Origin: an uncultured bacterium
GTDB taxonomy: Bacteria > Bacillota_I > Bacilli_A > RF39 > UBA660
Direction of reading: 5' to 3'
NCBI GenBank assembly: GCA_947646655.1
Contig: CANSHI010000001.1
Location: 125,570 to 189,569, forward strand
DNA length: 64,000 nucleotides
Shown piece after piece: positions 9,703-20,343 of the stretch; positions within the stretch are counted from its first letter, which is position 1, and every line of letters starts with the position of its first letter. The position numbers and the translations under genes were made by a program. Below the pieces are notes generated by a model. The model did no database searches. It had not been told where the DNA came from and saw nothing but the letters and a program-made list of their open reading frames with translations.

Positions 9703-10839
9703 TTAATTTTTAAGTGTATATGGGTGTTCGATACTGCCATTTCCGCCTATGATTACGTTATCAGATAGAAGGTAAACAACTGGGCGAGAGCCACTTATAC
9801 TGTTGACTACATAGTAACCATTAACACCGCCAGTATCATACAAGCTAAAAACTTCGGTTGCATCGTATGTGTAAGGCATGATTGTCCATTGATAATCTGA
9901 GGTAAATAACCAGCCTGCTGAAGGTGTTCCTTCGCCACAATTAAATCCACTTGTATAACATATATTATCTACACCAAGTGCGTATGTATACATATAATCA
10001 CTTGGGTACATTAAACCAACATCAGCTATTGTACTTGTACTTCTCATTTCTTCTGGGCATTCTTCTATTGTTTCGCACGTCTCAGTTCCTCTTTCAATTT
10101 TGTAATAATCTGAAGCTCCTAAATTCTCTACTTCATGTGATCCCCCTAAGTACCATTTAGCAGAGCCTATTTGATTTTTTGCAGTGGTGTTTAATCCTAC
10201 TACTGTGGATTTGTTTGCTGTTCCGTTATTATCACGATTATCATACCAGGTATATGTAAAATTTCCGCCCTTATTTATATAATCTTCATTTAGCATTGTT
10301 GCTAAACTACTTATTGGCCATTCATTTGAATTAGTTTTATCTGCTTTCATATCCCATGAAAAATCCCCCAAAAGTTGATCTCTAATGATCTTAACTCTTT
10401 GTTCTTTTTTTCCGTTTTCTCCCTCTACTGTGAATACACCTATTATTCTCCACGTTTCGTCGTTAAATTGTATATAATTATTTGGTGTGTTTCCTATATA
10501 ACGGTAATCAGTTCTTTCTTCATCACTCCAGCCTTTTGTTTGCTCTGCCTCAGGATGAGAAAAAGTAAACATTTCTCCTTTATCTCCAGCATTATAGTCT
10601 GTGATACTTGCATCATTTTTTTTAGAAAGAAGAACATCTACTATCTTTCTTGATTCTTGAACTGGCTTTTTAGTTTCCACCTCTTCTTGATCTTCTCCTA
10701 CTGGTGTTTGGAAAAATGCATATGTTGCAAATACTCCTACAGATACTAAAGCTAATGCTAGTATTATAAGTGTTGTTTTATATTTTAATTTATTACCCTT
10801 TTCTTTTCTATTTTCATTATTTGAAGTTTCTCTTTTCAT
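9703..10839 (-). CDS. Secreted TasA-family-like protein, paralogue 4 (divergent, 378 aa): TYAFF SipW-cognate-like signal and a C-terminal domain distantly related to the other paralogues
   Basis: K-rich N-terminus, TM helix, TYAFFQTP. YRYIGNTPNNYIQFNDETWRIIGVF parallels YYYRGATEDNYVKFAGFYWRIIRIN. The C-terminal end RPVVYLLSDNVIIGGNGSIEHPY parallels APVISL…GDGTMTNPF. Confidence 0.65.
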   Translation of the reverse strand: MKRETSNNENRKEKGNKLKYKTTLIILALALVSVGVFATYAFFQTPVGEDQEEVETKKPVQESRKIVDVLLSKKNDASITDYNAGDKGEMFTFSHPEAEQTKGWSDEERTDYRYIGNTPNNYIQFNDETWRIIGVFTVEGENGKKEQRVKIIRDQLLGDFSWDMKADKTNSNEWPISSLATMLNEDYINKGGNFTYTWYDNRDNNGTANKSTVVGLNTTAKNQIGSAKWYLGGSHEVENLGASDYYKIERGTETCETIEECPEEMRSTSTIADVGLMYPSDYMYTYALGVDNICYTSGFNCGEGTPSAGWLFTSDYQWTIMPYTYDATEVFSLYDTGGVNGYYVVNSISGSRPVVYLLSDNVIIGGNGSIEHPYTLKN

Positions 10840-11022
10840 ACTGTTTTATCCTCTCTTTAGCTATATGTATTTGGTACATACTTCTATATTACAAATTTAC
10901 CACTTTATACTAAATGTGTTCAAGCGTATTAAACATATTTTACATAGAATTGACGTGTTTAACGTTTATTAGATTTTTATTGTTTGACCGAAAAAAAAGT
11001 GTTCTTAGTAGAACACACTGAA

Positions 11023-11904
11023 TTAAATATTAACAATTTCGTATTCGCGATTTCCAAGTCCTAAATCGCTGGCAGCTTCGACTGTATGTATGCCATGACG
11101 GGAATTCATTCTCTCAATGAGAGCACCTTTTCCTGGATCATCAGAGTTAATAACAGCATCATAACATGCTTGATCTAATGCTACTGGATCAATAGATGCA
11201 AAAATTCCTAAATCTTTCATTTCGGGTGCAGCTGGATTAGAGTCACAATCGCAGTCAACTGATAAGTTGTTAGCTACATTGATATATACGATGTTTTCAC
11301 GTCCCATATGTGACATTACTGATTCACAAGCATCAGCCATCGATTCTAGAAATGAGTCTTGGTCGGCTACATTGTCCCATAATTCACTAGGATTTGAAGT
11401 TTTACCAGCAGTATGAATGTTAGCTTTTCCATTAGATGAGGCTACTCCAATAGACATGTTTTTTAGGGCTCCTCCAAATCCGCCCATAGCATGTCCTTTA
11501 AAATGTGAGAGCATCAGCATAGAATCGTAGTTATTTAGATGTGCTCCAACTAGATTATTTTTAAGATGGAATCCATTCGATACAGGTAGAGATACTTCGT
11601 CCTCTTCGTCCATTAGATCTACTGGTGCAATCTTTAAAAAACCGTGTTCTTTGATGGCTTCCCAGTGGGCTTCAGTCGTATTTCTTTTGCCATTATAAGC
11701 TGTATTGCATTCGACTATAGTTCCATTTAATTTGGCTACTAAGTCTTTTATTAGAAGTGGACTTAGAAAGTTATGACCTCCTGGCTCTCCTGTCGATATT
11801 TTGACAGCGATTTTACCTTGCAAGTCAACTCCCATACTTTCATAAATTTTGATTAAGCTTGCTCCAGTAATTTCTTTAGTAAAATATACTTTTGATTTTT
11901 CCAT
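11023..11904 (-). CDS. DUF362-family protein (putative Fe-S-associated)
   Basis: Overall resemblance to the DUF362 family (GHAMGGFGGALKN, CDCD motif). Confidence 0.45.
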   Translation of the reverse strand: MEKSKVYFTKEITGASLIKIYESMGVDLQGKIAVKISTGEPGGHNFLSPLLIKDLVAKLNGTIVECNTAYNGKRNTTEAHWEAIKEHGFLKIAPVDLMDEEDEVSLPVSNGFHLKNNLVGAHLNNYDSMLMLSHFKGHAMGGFGGALKNMSIGVASSNGKANIHTAGKTSNPSELWDNVADQDSFLESMADACESVMSHMGRENIVYINVANNLSVDCDCDSNPAAPEMKDLGIFASIDPVALDQACYDAVINSDDPGKGALIERMNSRHGIHTVEAASDLGLGNREYEIVNI

Positions 11905-11964
11905 ATAAAAATCACTTTCCTTTCATTTTAAGTTTAGCATTATTTATCGAAGTGCGCAATAAGA

Positions 11965-12471
11965 TTAAGTTTTTTCTTTAATTATTTTATATTCATCGAC
12001 AAGAGTTGCTAGCTTTTTGGAGGCATTAGCACTTGAGGGGCTAGAAAGACAAATTGCCTCAATTTTAGTTTTCGGATAAATATATTTTTTATACAGGTTG
12101 AAAGCCGTTTTACCAAGAACAAAAATATTTTGAATTTCTGTCTCTCTTAATATTTTTTCAATATCATTTACTTTGACGTTTTTTATAGAAGCATCACTGG
12201 AAGAGTCGATATCACAAGATTCAATTACATCCCATAAAGCGAGATGATGATCTAGTATGAATTTTTGCCAATTTTCAATTTGACAATTATATAATTGTTC
12301 CATGATAGGCCAAAATCTATTCGTTGGATGTCCATAGTACTTCATTTTGGCACGAGAAGTGATACTAGGCATAGATCCTAAAATGAGAGTTTTCGAATCT
12401 TTATTATAAATAGGATCTAATGTATGTTCTACTCTATTCATTTTGGACGTAGAAGGCAAAATATTCTTCAT
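11965..12471 (-). CDS. Uracil-DNA glycosylase superfamily protein (deoxyinosine/mismatch glycosylase-like)
   Basis: LILGSMPS motif A, HPTNRFW; about 165 aa, typical of the small UDG families. The start may be the internal M (MNRVEHT). Confidence 0.5.
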   Translation of the reverse strand: MKNILPSTSKMNRVEHTLDPIYNKDSKTLILGSMPSITSRAKMKYYGHPTNRFWPIMEQLYNCQIENWQKFILDHHLALWDVIESCDIDSSSDASIKNVKVNDIEKILRETEIQNIFVLGKTAFNLYKKYIYPKTKIEAICLSSPSSANASKKLATLVDEYKIIKEKT

Positions 12472-13393
12472 AAGTGATTCCTTCTTCCTTAACTTTTTTA
12501 GCTAATTCTTCTCCAATATATCTATAGTGCCAACTTTCTGCTGAGTAACCTGTTATGTATTCTTTGCCTTCTTCATATCTTTCGATAAAACCATATTCGT
12601 GAGCATGTTCATGCAACCATGCATAAGTTTCTGTCTCTTTAAATGTTTCTGTCAAAGCATTATAAGTTAATATATCGAGTGATAAACCCGTTTCGTGCTC
12701 ACTTGATCCTGGACGAGCAGCATATTTATCGGCGTGTTCTTGTCCCTTTTGTTTTTTCATATCGTCATAAATCTTTTTCTGTTTTTCATATGAGCGATAA
12801 CCGGAAGTTAAGATTAAAGTTATACCGTCTTTTTTAGCAGATTTAGCCATTTGAATAAAGGCATTATAACAATTTTCTTCCGCCGATACTTCACCATAGG
12901 CATAAGTGGACGAAAACTTTTTGATATTTCCTGGATTGTAGTCTTTTGGCAAAGTATTATATTTATTTACTAAGATAGCCTCTTTTAAAGATGTATCAGT
13001 TTCTTTTGTATCTTCGTAAAACCCTTTTGTTGCTCCTATATTGACTAGTGTTACAATGTCTTTGAAGCTTTTTTTACTATTGTTTTCATAAAATGTTAAA
13101 TAATCATCAAAATGTTTGTCTAGATAATATTTCTCTTTAATTATGTCTTTAATATAATCGATTTTATCATTATTTTTAATCTTTTCGATGTTCTCATCTT
13201 TTAATTTAGTTTTAATGAGATCGATAGTTTCTTTTTCATAACCAATTTTTTGTAATTCATAATCTATAGTTTGTTTAAACATATGGTTATTGTATATTTT
13301 GAAGCCTATTATAGTTGCCCCTACTCCTAAAATGATGATAAGTAGTAAGAGTTTAAATTTCTTTTTCAGTTTTATTTTTTTCTTAACTGGCAT
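12434..13393 (-). CDS. D-alanyl-D-alanine carboxypeptidase, VanY/peptidase M15B family, membrane-anchored
   Basis: SGYRSYEKQ, SEHETGLSLD, ESWHYRYIG are the M15B zinc-ligand motifs. N-terminal TM helix. Confidence 0.8.
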   Translation of the reverse strand: MPVKKKIKLKKKFKLLLLIIILGVGATIIGFKIYNNHMFKQTIDYELQKIGYEKETIDLIKTKLKDENIEKIKNNDKIDYIKDIIKEKYYLDKHFDDYLTFYENNSKKSFKDIVTLVNIGATKGFYEDTKETDTSLKEAILVNKYNTLPKDYNPGNIKKFSSTYAYGEVSAEENCYNAFIQMAKSAKKDGITLILTSGYRSYEKQKKIYDDMKKQKGQEHADKYAARPGSSEHETGLSLDILTYNALTETFKETETYAWLHEHAHEYGFIERYEEGKEYITGYSAESWHYRYIGEELAKKVKEEGITYEEYFAFYVQNE

Positions 13394-13487
13394 ATATTTT
13401 CACCATTTAAAGTGTACCATTTTTTTGGTAAATTTGCAATTTTTATGATTATTTGGTAAAATGGTTCGTAGTTATGAGGTGAAGTAA

Positions 13488-14036
13488 ATGTTACCAAAAA
13501 TAAAGATTTTAGATGAAAAAAATAAAATGTTGCACATGGTTAGTAAAGATATTACTTTTCCATTAGATAATAAGATAAAAACTGCTTTAGAGGATTCGCT
13601 TAAGTATTTAGAGATGAGTCAAATCGAAAAGTATTCAGAAAAGTATCATTTAAGACCTGGAATGGGTTTAGCTTTGATTCAATTAGGTATACCTAAACGT
13701 GCTTTTGTCGTCGTTGATGAAGTAGACGAAGGTAAGTTTGAAAAGTATATCATTATCAATCCTAAAATTATTTCGCATAGTGAGGAATTGATCTATGTAG
13801 AAGAAGGAGAAGGATGTCTTTCAGTTAACCGTCCAGTTGATGGAGTTGTAGCTAGGTATGCCCGTATAAAAGTTGAGGCTCAAGACTTAGAAGGTAATGT
13901 GTGTACTTATAGGCTGAGAGAAGATTTATCTGTAGCTTTTCAGCATGAACTCGATCATTTAAATGGTATTTTATTCGTGGATAAAATTGATAAAAAAGAT
14001 CCTTTTAAAGGCAAAGATAGAATGAGGGCAATATAA
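13488..14036 (+). CDS. def: Peptide deformylase
   Basis: GMGLALIQLG (motif 1), EGCLSV (motif 2), QHELDHLNG (motif 3). Confidence 0.9.
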   Translation: MLPKIKILDEKNKMLHMVSKDITFPLDNKIKTALEDSLKYLEMSQIEKYSEKYHLRPGMGLALIQLGIPKRAFVVVDEVDEGKFEKYIIINPKIISHSEELIYVEEGEGCLSVNRPVDGVVARYARIKVEAQDLEGNVCTYRLREDLSVAFQHELDHLNGILFVDKIDKKDPFKGKDRMRAI

Positions 14037-14042
14037 AAAGTA

Positions 14043-14078
14043 TTAATAAAAACCGGGTTATGAATAAGCCATAATCCG
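14043..14078 (+). terminator. Rho-independent terminator after def
   Basis: aaaaccgggttatgaataagccataatccgattttgattttt: imperfect stem followed by a T-run. Confidence 0.5.
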
Positions 14079-14172
14079 ATTTTGATTTTTGTTTTCAGTA
14101 TTCTTTGCTACTGAATCAAGTCTCCTTTTTCTAAACTCATCATCAACAAAAACTAAATCAATATAAAAAAGT

Positions 14173-14340
14173 CTAGCATAAACCACTAACCAAAATGAAT
14201 AATTTTAAATCGTTATGAGCAATACGATGTCTTTTTCCAACTCTAAAAGCTATTATTTTCTTATCTCTAATTAAATTTTGAATATTCTTAATCTTTAAAC
14301 TTTTAAAAATACTTACCTCATTTGTCATATAATATTTCAT
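14173..14340 (-). CDS. Small (55 aa) excisionase/MerR-like HTH DNA-binding protein, not in the ORF track
   Basis: My own translation gives MKYYMTNEVSIFKSLKIKNIQNLIRDKKIIAFRVGKRHRIAHNDLKLFILVSGLC. It is preceded by a perfect SD (GGAGGT). The …AFRVGKRHRI… pattern is typical of excisionase-type HTH_17 domains. Confidence 0.4.
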   Translation of the reverse strand: MKYYMTNEVSIFKSLKIKNIQNLIRDKKIIAFRVGKRHRIAHNDLKLFILVSGLC

Positions 14341-14534
14341 ACCCTTAAGAAACCTCCTATATAGCTTGATAATAGTTTAAACAACTTGGTATAAAAAAGG
14401 TATTGCACACTAGGGCTATGTTTTGCCTATATCTTTGCCGAAAAGAGCAAAATAGGGGGTGGCCTAGTCCTAAATAAAACAAGATGATTTTTTACACTAA
14501 AAAAACAAGTCTTTTCAACTTGTTATATTTGTTA

Positions 14535-15200
14535 TTATTTCTTTTTACTTTTTCCAAAAGATTCAGCCATTTTGATAATTTCCAATTCTGGTGTAACTTG
14601 TTGGGTGACTTTTGGATAAATATTTTGCATCATATATCTATTGTGATAATCTTCAAGTAATTGAGCATCTTCTTCTTTTAAATCACTTAATTCAAAATCA
14701 TCATCAAAAACATCAAAAAGTGTGTATGTAGTTTCATCGCTCAAATCATCAAAAACATCATCAAGAATATCTTGAATACTTTCACCATTTAATAGTTTTA
14801 AAGCCATTTCCGGGTCTTTAAAGCTAGGGAATTGAATATTATCTCTATCAAGTAAAGCAAATGCCATTAAGATTTGTGTCATTTGTCTTTTTGATTTAGC
14901 ATAATTATAAGCAAACTGCATAGGGTTGATACCCTTTTTTTGTACATATCTTAATAATTTTTGTTTATCCACAGTTTCCAAATCTTTACTATTTTCATAA
15001 ATGATATGACTAGCTTTTTTAATTAGTGGTAAAACATCATCTAATATTGTAACTACTTCCATATTTATTTGGTCTTCACTTATTTTTCCTTTTTTGAACT
15101 TGCTATTTAATCTTGAAATTTTAATAGCAAATGAAATTGCAAATAGTCCTACGCCTTTCATATCTTTTTTCATAACATCATATTTACTTTTGTTGAACAT
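14535..15200 (-). CDS. Hypothetical protein with an acidic C-terminal half
   Basis: ORF with a reasonable length. I recognise no motifs. Confidence 0.5.
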   Translation of the reverse strand: MFNKSKYDVMKKDMKGVGLFAISFAIKISRLNSKFKKGKISEDQINMEVVTILDDVLPLIKKASHIIYENSKDLETVDKQKLLRYVQKKGINPMQFAYNYAKSKRQMTQILMAFALLDRDNIQFPSFKDPEMALKLLNGESIQDILDDVFDDLSDETTYTLFDVFDDDFELSDLKEEDAQLLEDYHNRYMMQNIYPKVTQQVTPELEIIKMAESFGKSKKK

Positions 15201-15487
15201 TTTTTATCCCCCTTAACAATTTTTTTATTAACTCAAAGACTTTATCCCCTAAAAGAAAAGTCTCAAGAGCATCTAACTCTAGTTCATTTTCCACATTTCC
15301 CAATTAAAAAATCCTCCTTCTCTTGAATATGTGAATTACAATAACATAACTGGTACAAAATATCAAGTATTTTTTTCCCTTTGTGTAGTAGTTTTATGAT
15401 AATGTCAGTATAAATAGTTTTTTGAAAATGATAGACTATTTTAATAAAAAAGAAAAAGTCTTGCAGACAAGACTTTAAAATCATAAA

Positions 15488-15578
15488 TGGCGGAGTAGGA
15501 GAGATTTGAACTCTCGCGCCAGTTTCCCGACCTACACCCTTAGCAGGGGCGCCTCTTCAGCCTCTTGAGTACTACTCC
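15488..15578 (-). tRNA. tRNA-Ser (anticodon GCT), type II with long variable arm
   Basis: The minus strand reads GGAGTAG…CUGCUAA anticodon loop…long extra arm…GGTTCAAATCTCTCCTACTCCGCCA. The 7-bp acceptor stem pairs and the 3' CCA is encoded. Confidence 0.85.
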
Positions 15579-15626
15579 ATAAAGGATATATTCATTATAC
15601 CCTATTCTATCTATTTAAGTCAAGGA

Positions 15627-16865
15627 TTATTTTAGTGTCAAATATGACTTTCCCGCTATAAGTTGCTGCCCTTTTAGCTTAGCCATTTCACTTATACTCA
15701 TTACTTGAAAACCTTGTTTATATAGTTCTTTTAAAGACTTATCGACTGCTTCAACAGTAGTTTTGTAAAGACTGTGCATCAGTACAATGTCTCCATCTTT
15801 TGCATTTTCGACTATTTTATTTGTAACCTTTTCAGCATTTCGATATTTCCAATCTTCGGTATCGATATTCCATAAAATGACTGGAACTCCAACTTCAAGA
15901 AGAACTTTTTTGCTAACAGCACCATAAGAAGGTCTAAGCAGTTTTAATTCTTTATTCGTCATACTATAAAATAAATCGTTTGTCTTAGTAATTTCTGCTT
16001 TTAATTCATCACTTTTTAATCTCGCTAAAGATTTATGATCGTAAGTATGATTACCGACTTCCATATTAGAAGCCGCCAATTTTTCGACTGTTTTTGGAAA
16101 ATTAGATAGACGATTTCCGACTACAAAGAAAGTTGCTGTAGCATGAGCATTTTCTAAAAGATCGATCAATTCATTATCATAGTCAGCTGGACCGTCATCG
16201 AATGAAAAAGCAATAGACTTTTTGTTTTTATCAAAAGTAAATTTTTCATTTTCATAAGCATCATCATAATCCATAATATAATTCATACAATCTTTGATTT
16301 CATTATTATTTATTTTTATAGAAATGTCGCCATATTCTTTCGTTTTGTAAAATGAAATTATTTCATTATTACGAATATTGTAAGTACCACTTTCAAAATC
16401 GATATCTTCTGTAACAAATGTCGGATATTTTAAATTAGATAATGTTTTTACTTTATTTATAAATTCTTCATAGTTTAAAATAAGTTCTTGAAAGCTTAAT
16501 TCTTTTTTGTTTTTATAGTCGTATATTATATTTTTAGGTGTGCCACAATTTACATAGAGGTTTACCCTATTATTTCCTAATTCATATATTTCATAGGCAA
16601 GATCCGAGCAACTGTTTTGTTCGATATATTCATCTACAAAATTATTTAAAGCTTCATTATCAAATGTAGGCTTTGTAAATTCGCCTTCGTTCATCGCTAT
16701 GACTGTTTCTTCATATTTTAAGTTTTTGTTATAATGAAAGTTAATACTCGGTGAACGAAGATTATATCTTTCTAAAAGATCAAAAACTCCTACTTTTAGC
16801 ATCATAACTATAATTAATGCTATAGTATATCTAAAAACTATATTTAAATAATCACTGCTTTTCAT
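15627..16865 (-). CDS. Polysaccharide deacetylase (NodB-homology domain), membrane-anchored
   Basis: FSFDDGPADY, ATFFVVGNR, GNHTYDHK are the NodB catalytic motifs. N-terminal TM helix. Confidence 0.8.
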   Translation of the reverse strand: MKSSDYLNIVFRYTIALIIVMMLKVGVFDLLERYNLRSPSINFHYNKNLKYEETVIAMNEGEFTKPTFDNEALNNFVDEYIEQNSCSDLAYEIYELGNNRVNLYVNCGTPKNIIYDYKNKKELSFQELILNYEEFINKVKTLSNLKYPTFVTEDIDFESGTYNIRNNEIISFYKTKEYGDISIKINNNEIKDCMNYIMDYDDAYENEKFTFDKNKKSIAFSFDDGPADYDNELIDLLENAHATATFFVVGNRLSNFPKTVEKLAASNMEVGNHTYDHKSLARLKSDELKAEITKTNDLFYSMTNKELKLLRPSYGAVSKKVLLEVGVPVILWNIDTEDWKYRNAEKVTNKIVENAKDGDIVLMHSLYKTTVEAVDKSLKELYKQGFQVMSISEMAKLKGQQLIAGKSYLTLK

Positions 16866-17189
16866 ACTACTACCTCGCTTACCATTATAACATTATTTTG
16901 CGCAAAAATCTTTAAAAAATTTGTAATTATAAGAATTTATTAATTTTTTTTCAAATTAAAAATTTATTCGTTTGTTTTATTATATTGTTAAGCGCTTTTA
17001 GAAAAATTTTAGTTTACTATTTATACAAGGAATCCGATGTTTGTCAAATAAAAACCGAGATAAAGAGTTTGGATATATGCTATTATTGTGTTATTTTATC
17101 TACAAATTTTACCACAACGATTTATAAAAGAAGCAATCAATACATATATTTTAGTAAAATAAAAAAAATAGCAGTAATTCTATGCTCCT

Positions 17190-17553
17190 TATAACATTTT
17201 TAAAAACGATTTGTTCTTTGTTGTGGTTGGTTTGACTGTACTGGAATTTCATCAACACAAGATAATTTCATTAAATCTAGCATTTCTCTTAAATTTTCTA
17301 AAGTTTGTCTTACATCTTTTTTTATTTCGTCATTGGTTGTTACTTTTGCAATAATATTTATTAACCCATATTGTGAAATTCTTTCTAGTGCTTTTGGAGC
17401 AATATGTAAACTATTTATTACAATTCCTTTACAATCTTTTAAACTTCTCTTAACTAAAAATTCTATTGTTTTTTCTTGTAATTATTCTCTTGCAGTACAC
17501 TTGTTATTAGAAAAATTACTAATACCATTTAAGCAAATAAACGCTTTAGCCAT
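17190..17553 (-). pseudogene. Small conserved-looking ORF (about 117 codons) interrupted by an in-frame TAA at codon 24
   Basis: My translation gives MAKAFICLNGISNFSNNKCTARE*LQEKTIEFLVKRSLKDCKGIVINSLHIAPKALERISQYGLINIIAKV… There is no alternative start codon after the stop until near the end. The track shows only the antisense shadow 17333-17575. Confidence 0.3.
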
Positions 17554-17700
17554 ATTAAATGTGAAAAATTTTTAAAAATGTCAGTAATTTAAAAATCAAT
17601 AATTAGTGAAAATGTCTGTAAATTGTTTAAAATTATTTTAAAAAGTTAAAGAATATGATAAAATAAATAACTTGAAAAGTCATTATTTTGGAGGTGTACT

Positions 17701-20277
17701 ATGGCTTATAGCAAATTCATAGAAGTGTTATTTTCAACAAAAAATTGTAGCAAAATATTAAAAATGTATAACAAGTTATCTTTCGTAGAGAAGCAAATAG
17801 TCTTATCTAATGATAAAGTTAGGCAAAAATTATATAAAATCATTAATATAGAATTATTAATATCTATGATAATAGATTTGCCCTTGGAATTTAGAATAAA
17901 TTTTTTGAAAGGACTAGACTACCAAAAATTTTGTAAAAAATATGAAAAGGTAGTTATTGAATTTTTACAATTACAAAATTTTGATAATTTTGACTATCAA
18001 AAGTTATCATGTTTTGAAGAAATTAAAGAGAAATCAATTTTAACACAAATATTTAGAAAGGTTTCGGCTGATAAATTAAAAATGATAATAATACAAAACT
18101 ATTTTCAATTTCTAAATGATTATGCTTTTATTGAATACAGCAAAAAGAATCTAAGTTTAAGCCTAGAATCAAGTATTATGAATAACATTAGTAATAATGT
18201 ATTAATTGGTGAATTAAAAAGAAGAGCTAGACGAAATCGTATAACATTAATTGATATGACAGATTTTCTAAAGATTAAACCTGATAAGCAACATTCTATC
18301 TTGGTGAATGGAAATATAGAATCACTAGAAGATAAGTTTATTGAGATATATCAAGCAAGATATTCAAATTTTGATATTACGAGGAAAACACTTATATTTC
18401 CAGCATTGTTACAAAATTTAAATTATCTTAAATTATTAGAACTTCAAATAATCATATATAATCTTGATGATGAAAATTCACGAGAAATGATGAAAATTTT
18501 CTTTAAAGCAGTTTGTAAGTTTGAATGCGAAGTGGATGATAAGTATTTAAATTTAATGATTTTTAATTTTAGAAAATTGAACGCTAAAACTAAAGAACTT
18601 TATAAAGTAATAAAAATGAGACCATTCTCTATAATATATTATTTAAATACAGGGATATTAGATAATGAAGTTGAAAATTTTTTTAACAAAAGAATTACAA
18701 TTGAGCAATATCAAAAAACAAACATAAAAAAAATAAACAAATTAACTCGTTTATTAGATTTAATGGTAGATAGCGAAGAATGTAATCTCCCAAAAATTAA
18801 TACCACTATTTTAGCTTGTAAAGTATATTATATATTTGGATATGAGAATTCAATAGAATTATTGAATAGAAAATTCGGTTCTATTAATGTAGAAATATTA
18901 TCAAAATTATTAGATAGGTGTGATATAAAAGATGTTGGTTTTCAGAAAACAAAAGGAAAGTATGAACCTGAAATAAATCCTAATTTTATAAGGTTTTTGA
19001 TTGGAGATAAAAAGGATAATAATACTACTATAAAAAGAATGTTGCGTGGAGAATTGGATTTATTAGTAAATGAATTTCCTAACTTATATAATAATTTTGA
19101 AAAATTTCAGCAAGCAATTGGAAAAAAAATTCATTTAAATAAGCTTATACCTTTATTAGAAGAAAATCCTTTTGTATTATTACCAAATGAATATAAAATG
19201 ACTAAAGACATTATTGATAATATTATCAAATCGTATAGTTATAATGATGTATTTGGTGATGAAAATAATGTTATTTCTATGAATAGCAAAGAATGTGTAA
19301 TTGAAGCGTGTAAGTTTTACCATAATTTTTTAGAAAAAAGAATTGTTTCTACAATTCCAAGAGTCTATGGTGTAACAGCAGATAACTATAAATATGAAGC
19401 ATTAAAATTAGATGATCCCTTTATTATGACATTGGGCTATCAAACTGGATGTTGTTTTAGATTAAATGGTATGTCAAAGGAATTTCTAAAATATTGCAGT
19501 GAAAGCTTGTATGCAAGAGTTATAGTAATAAGAAATGAAAATAATGAAATATGTGCAATGATTCCAGTTATAAGAAATGGAAATGTGATTGCTGGAAATA
19601 GTATTGAAAGAAATTCTAAAGGTCAAGATTTAAAAATATATAATGCTTTAAAAATAGCATTTAATAGTATTATAAGTATATCAATTCAATATGAGGAAAA
19701 TCCTTTAATTGCAGGTTGTGTTACAAATTTACATTCTAATGTAGAAACATATTCAAACAATCCTATAAATCAAAAAATTTTCCCTATTAGAGATAATTCT
19801 TTTTATACAAATTATGAAAGTCAAGCATATGTAGTTTCTATTTTACCAGGTAAGAGTGAAAGTGATTTTGAATTATATACTCCCACTGTAATGTATTTTG
19901 ACGAAAGACCTAGTATATTAGATTATCATTTGGCTGTTGATGATATTTCAATAAAAAATGAAGTTGAAAAAAGAATTAAATCTATAAATTATCAATTAAA
20001 TATGCCTGAAGAGCAATTTTGGTTTTCTAGATATATTATTTGTAGTGAAGATTGGTATTTAAAGGTAGGATATGCAGGTGTAATTGGAAAATATTTAGAA
20101 AAAGATCCAAGAGCAATTGAAGAATTTAATGCTATTAAAAATCATTTGGAATCTAATTTACAAGGCAAAAAATTATATAAAATTGAAATGAGTGATTTAG
20201 CTTTAGATGATGGTGGGTTTGATTCTGCTAAGTCAAAACGGATAGTGTTAAAAAGAGATACTACCGATAAAATATAA
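17701..20277 (+). CDS. Large orphan hypothetical protein (858 aa), K/N/I-rich, no recognisable domains
   Basis: Long uninterrupted ORF with a strong SD (ggaggtg). It is the only plus-strand gene in a tRNA-flanked AT-rich segment. Confidence 0.7.
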   Translation: MAYSKFIEVLFSTKNCSKILKMYNKLSFVEKQIVLSNDKVRQKLYKIINIELLISMIIDLPLEFRINFLKGLDYQKFCKKYEKVVIEFLQLQNFDNFDYQKLSCFEEIKEKSILTQIFRKVSADKLKMIIIQNYFQFLNDYAFIEYSKKNLSLSLESSIMNNISNNVLIGELKRRARRNRITLIDMTDFLKIKPDKQHSILVNGNIESLEDKFIEIYQARYSNFDITRKTLIFPALLQNLNYLKLLELQIIIYNLDDENSREMMKIFFKAVCKFECEVDDKYLNLMIFNFRKLNAKTKELYKVIKMRPFSIIYYLNTGILDNEVENFFNKRITIEQYQKTNIKKINKLTRLLDLMVDSEECNLPKINTTILACKVYYIFGYENSIELLNRKFGSINVEILSKLLDRCDIKDVGFQKTKGKYEPEINPNFIRFLIGDKKDNNTTIKRMLRGELDLLVNEFPNLYNNFEKFQQAIGKKIHLNKLIPLLEENPFVLLPNEYKMTKDIIDNIIKSYSYNDVFGDENNVISMNSKECVIEACKFYHNFLEKRIVSTIPRVYGVTADNYKYEALKLDDPFIMTLGYQTGCCFRLNGMSKEFLKYCSESLYARVIVIRNENNEICAMIPVIRNGNVIAGNSIERNSKGQDLKIYNALKIAFNSIISISIQYEENPLIAGCVTNLHSNVETYSNNPINQKIFPIRDNSFYTNYESQAYVVSILPGKSESDFELYTPTVMYFDERPSILDYHLAVDDISIKNEVEKRIKSINYQLNMPEEQFWFSRYIICSEDWYLKVGYAGVIGKYLEKDPRAIEEFNAIKNHLESNLQGKKLYKIEMSDLALDDGGFDSAKSKRIVLKRDTTDKI

Positions 20278-20343
20278 ATATTTAGGTTTGTCAAGAAAAA
20301 TGTGTAAGTTGTCTAAATAATATATAAAAAATTAACAAAGAGC

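Noticed and set aside
15284-15484. 66-aa minus-strand ORF next to tRNA-Ser
   Set aside because: No SD, and an AT-rich low-complexity translation. It is probably spurious.
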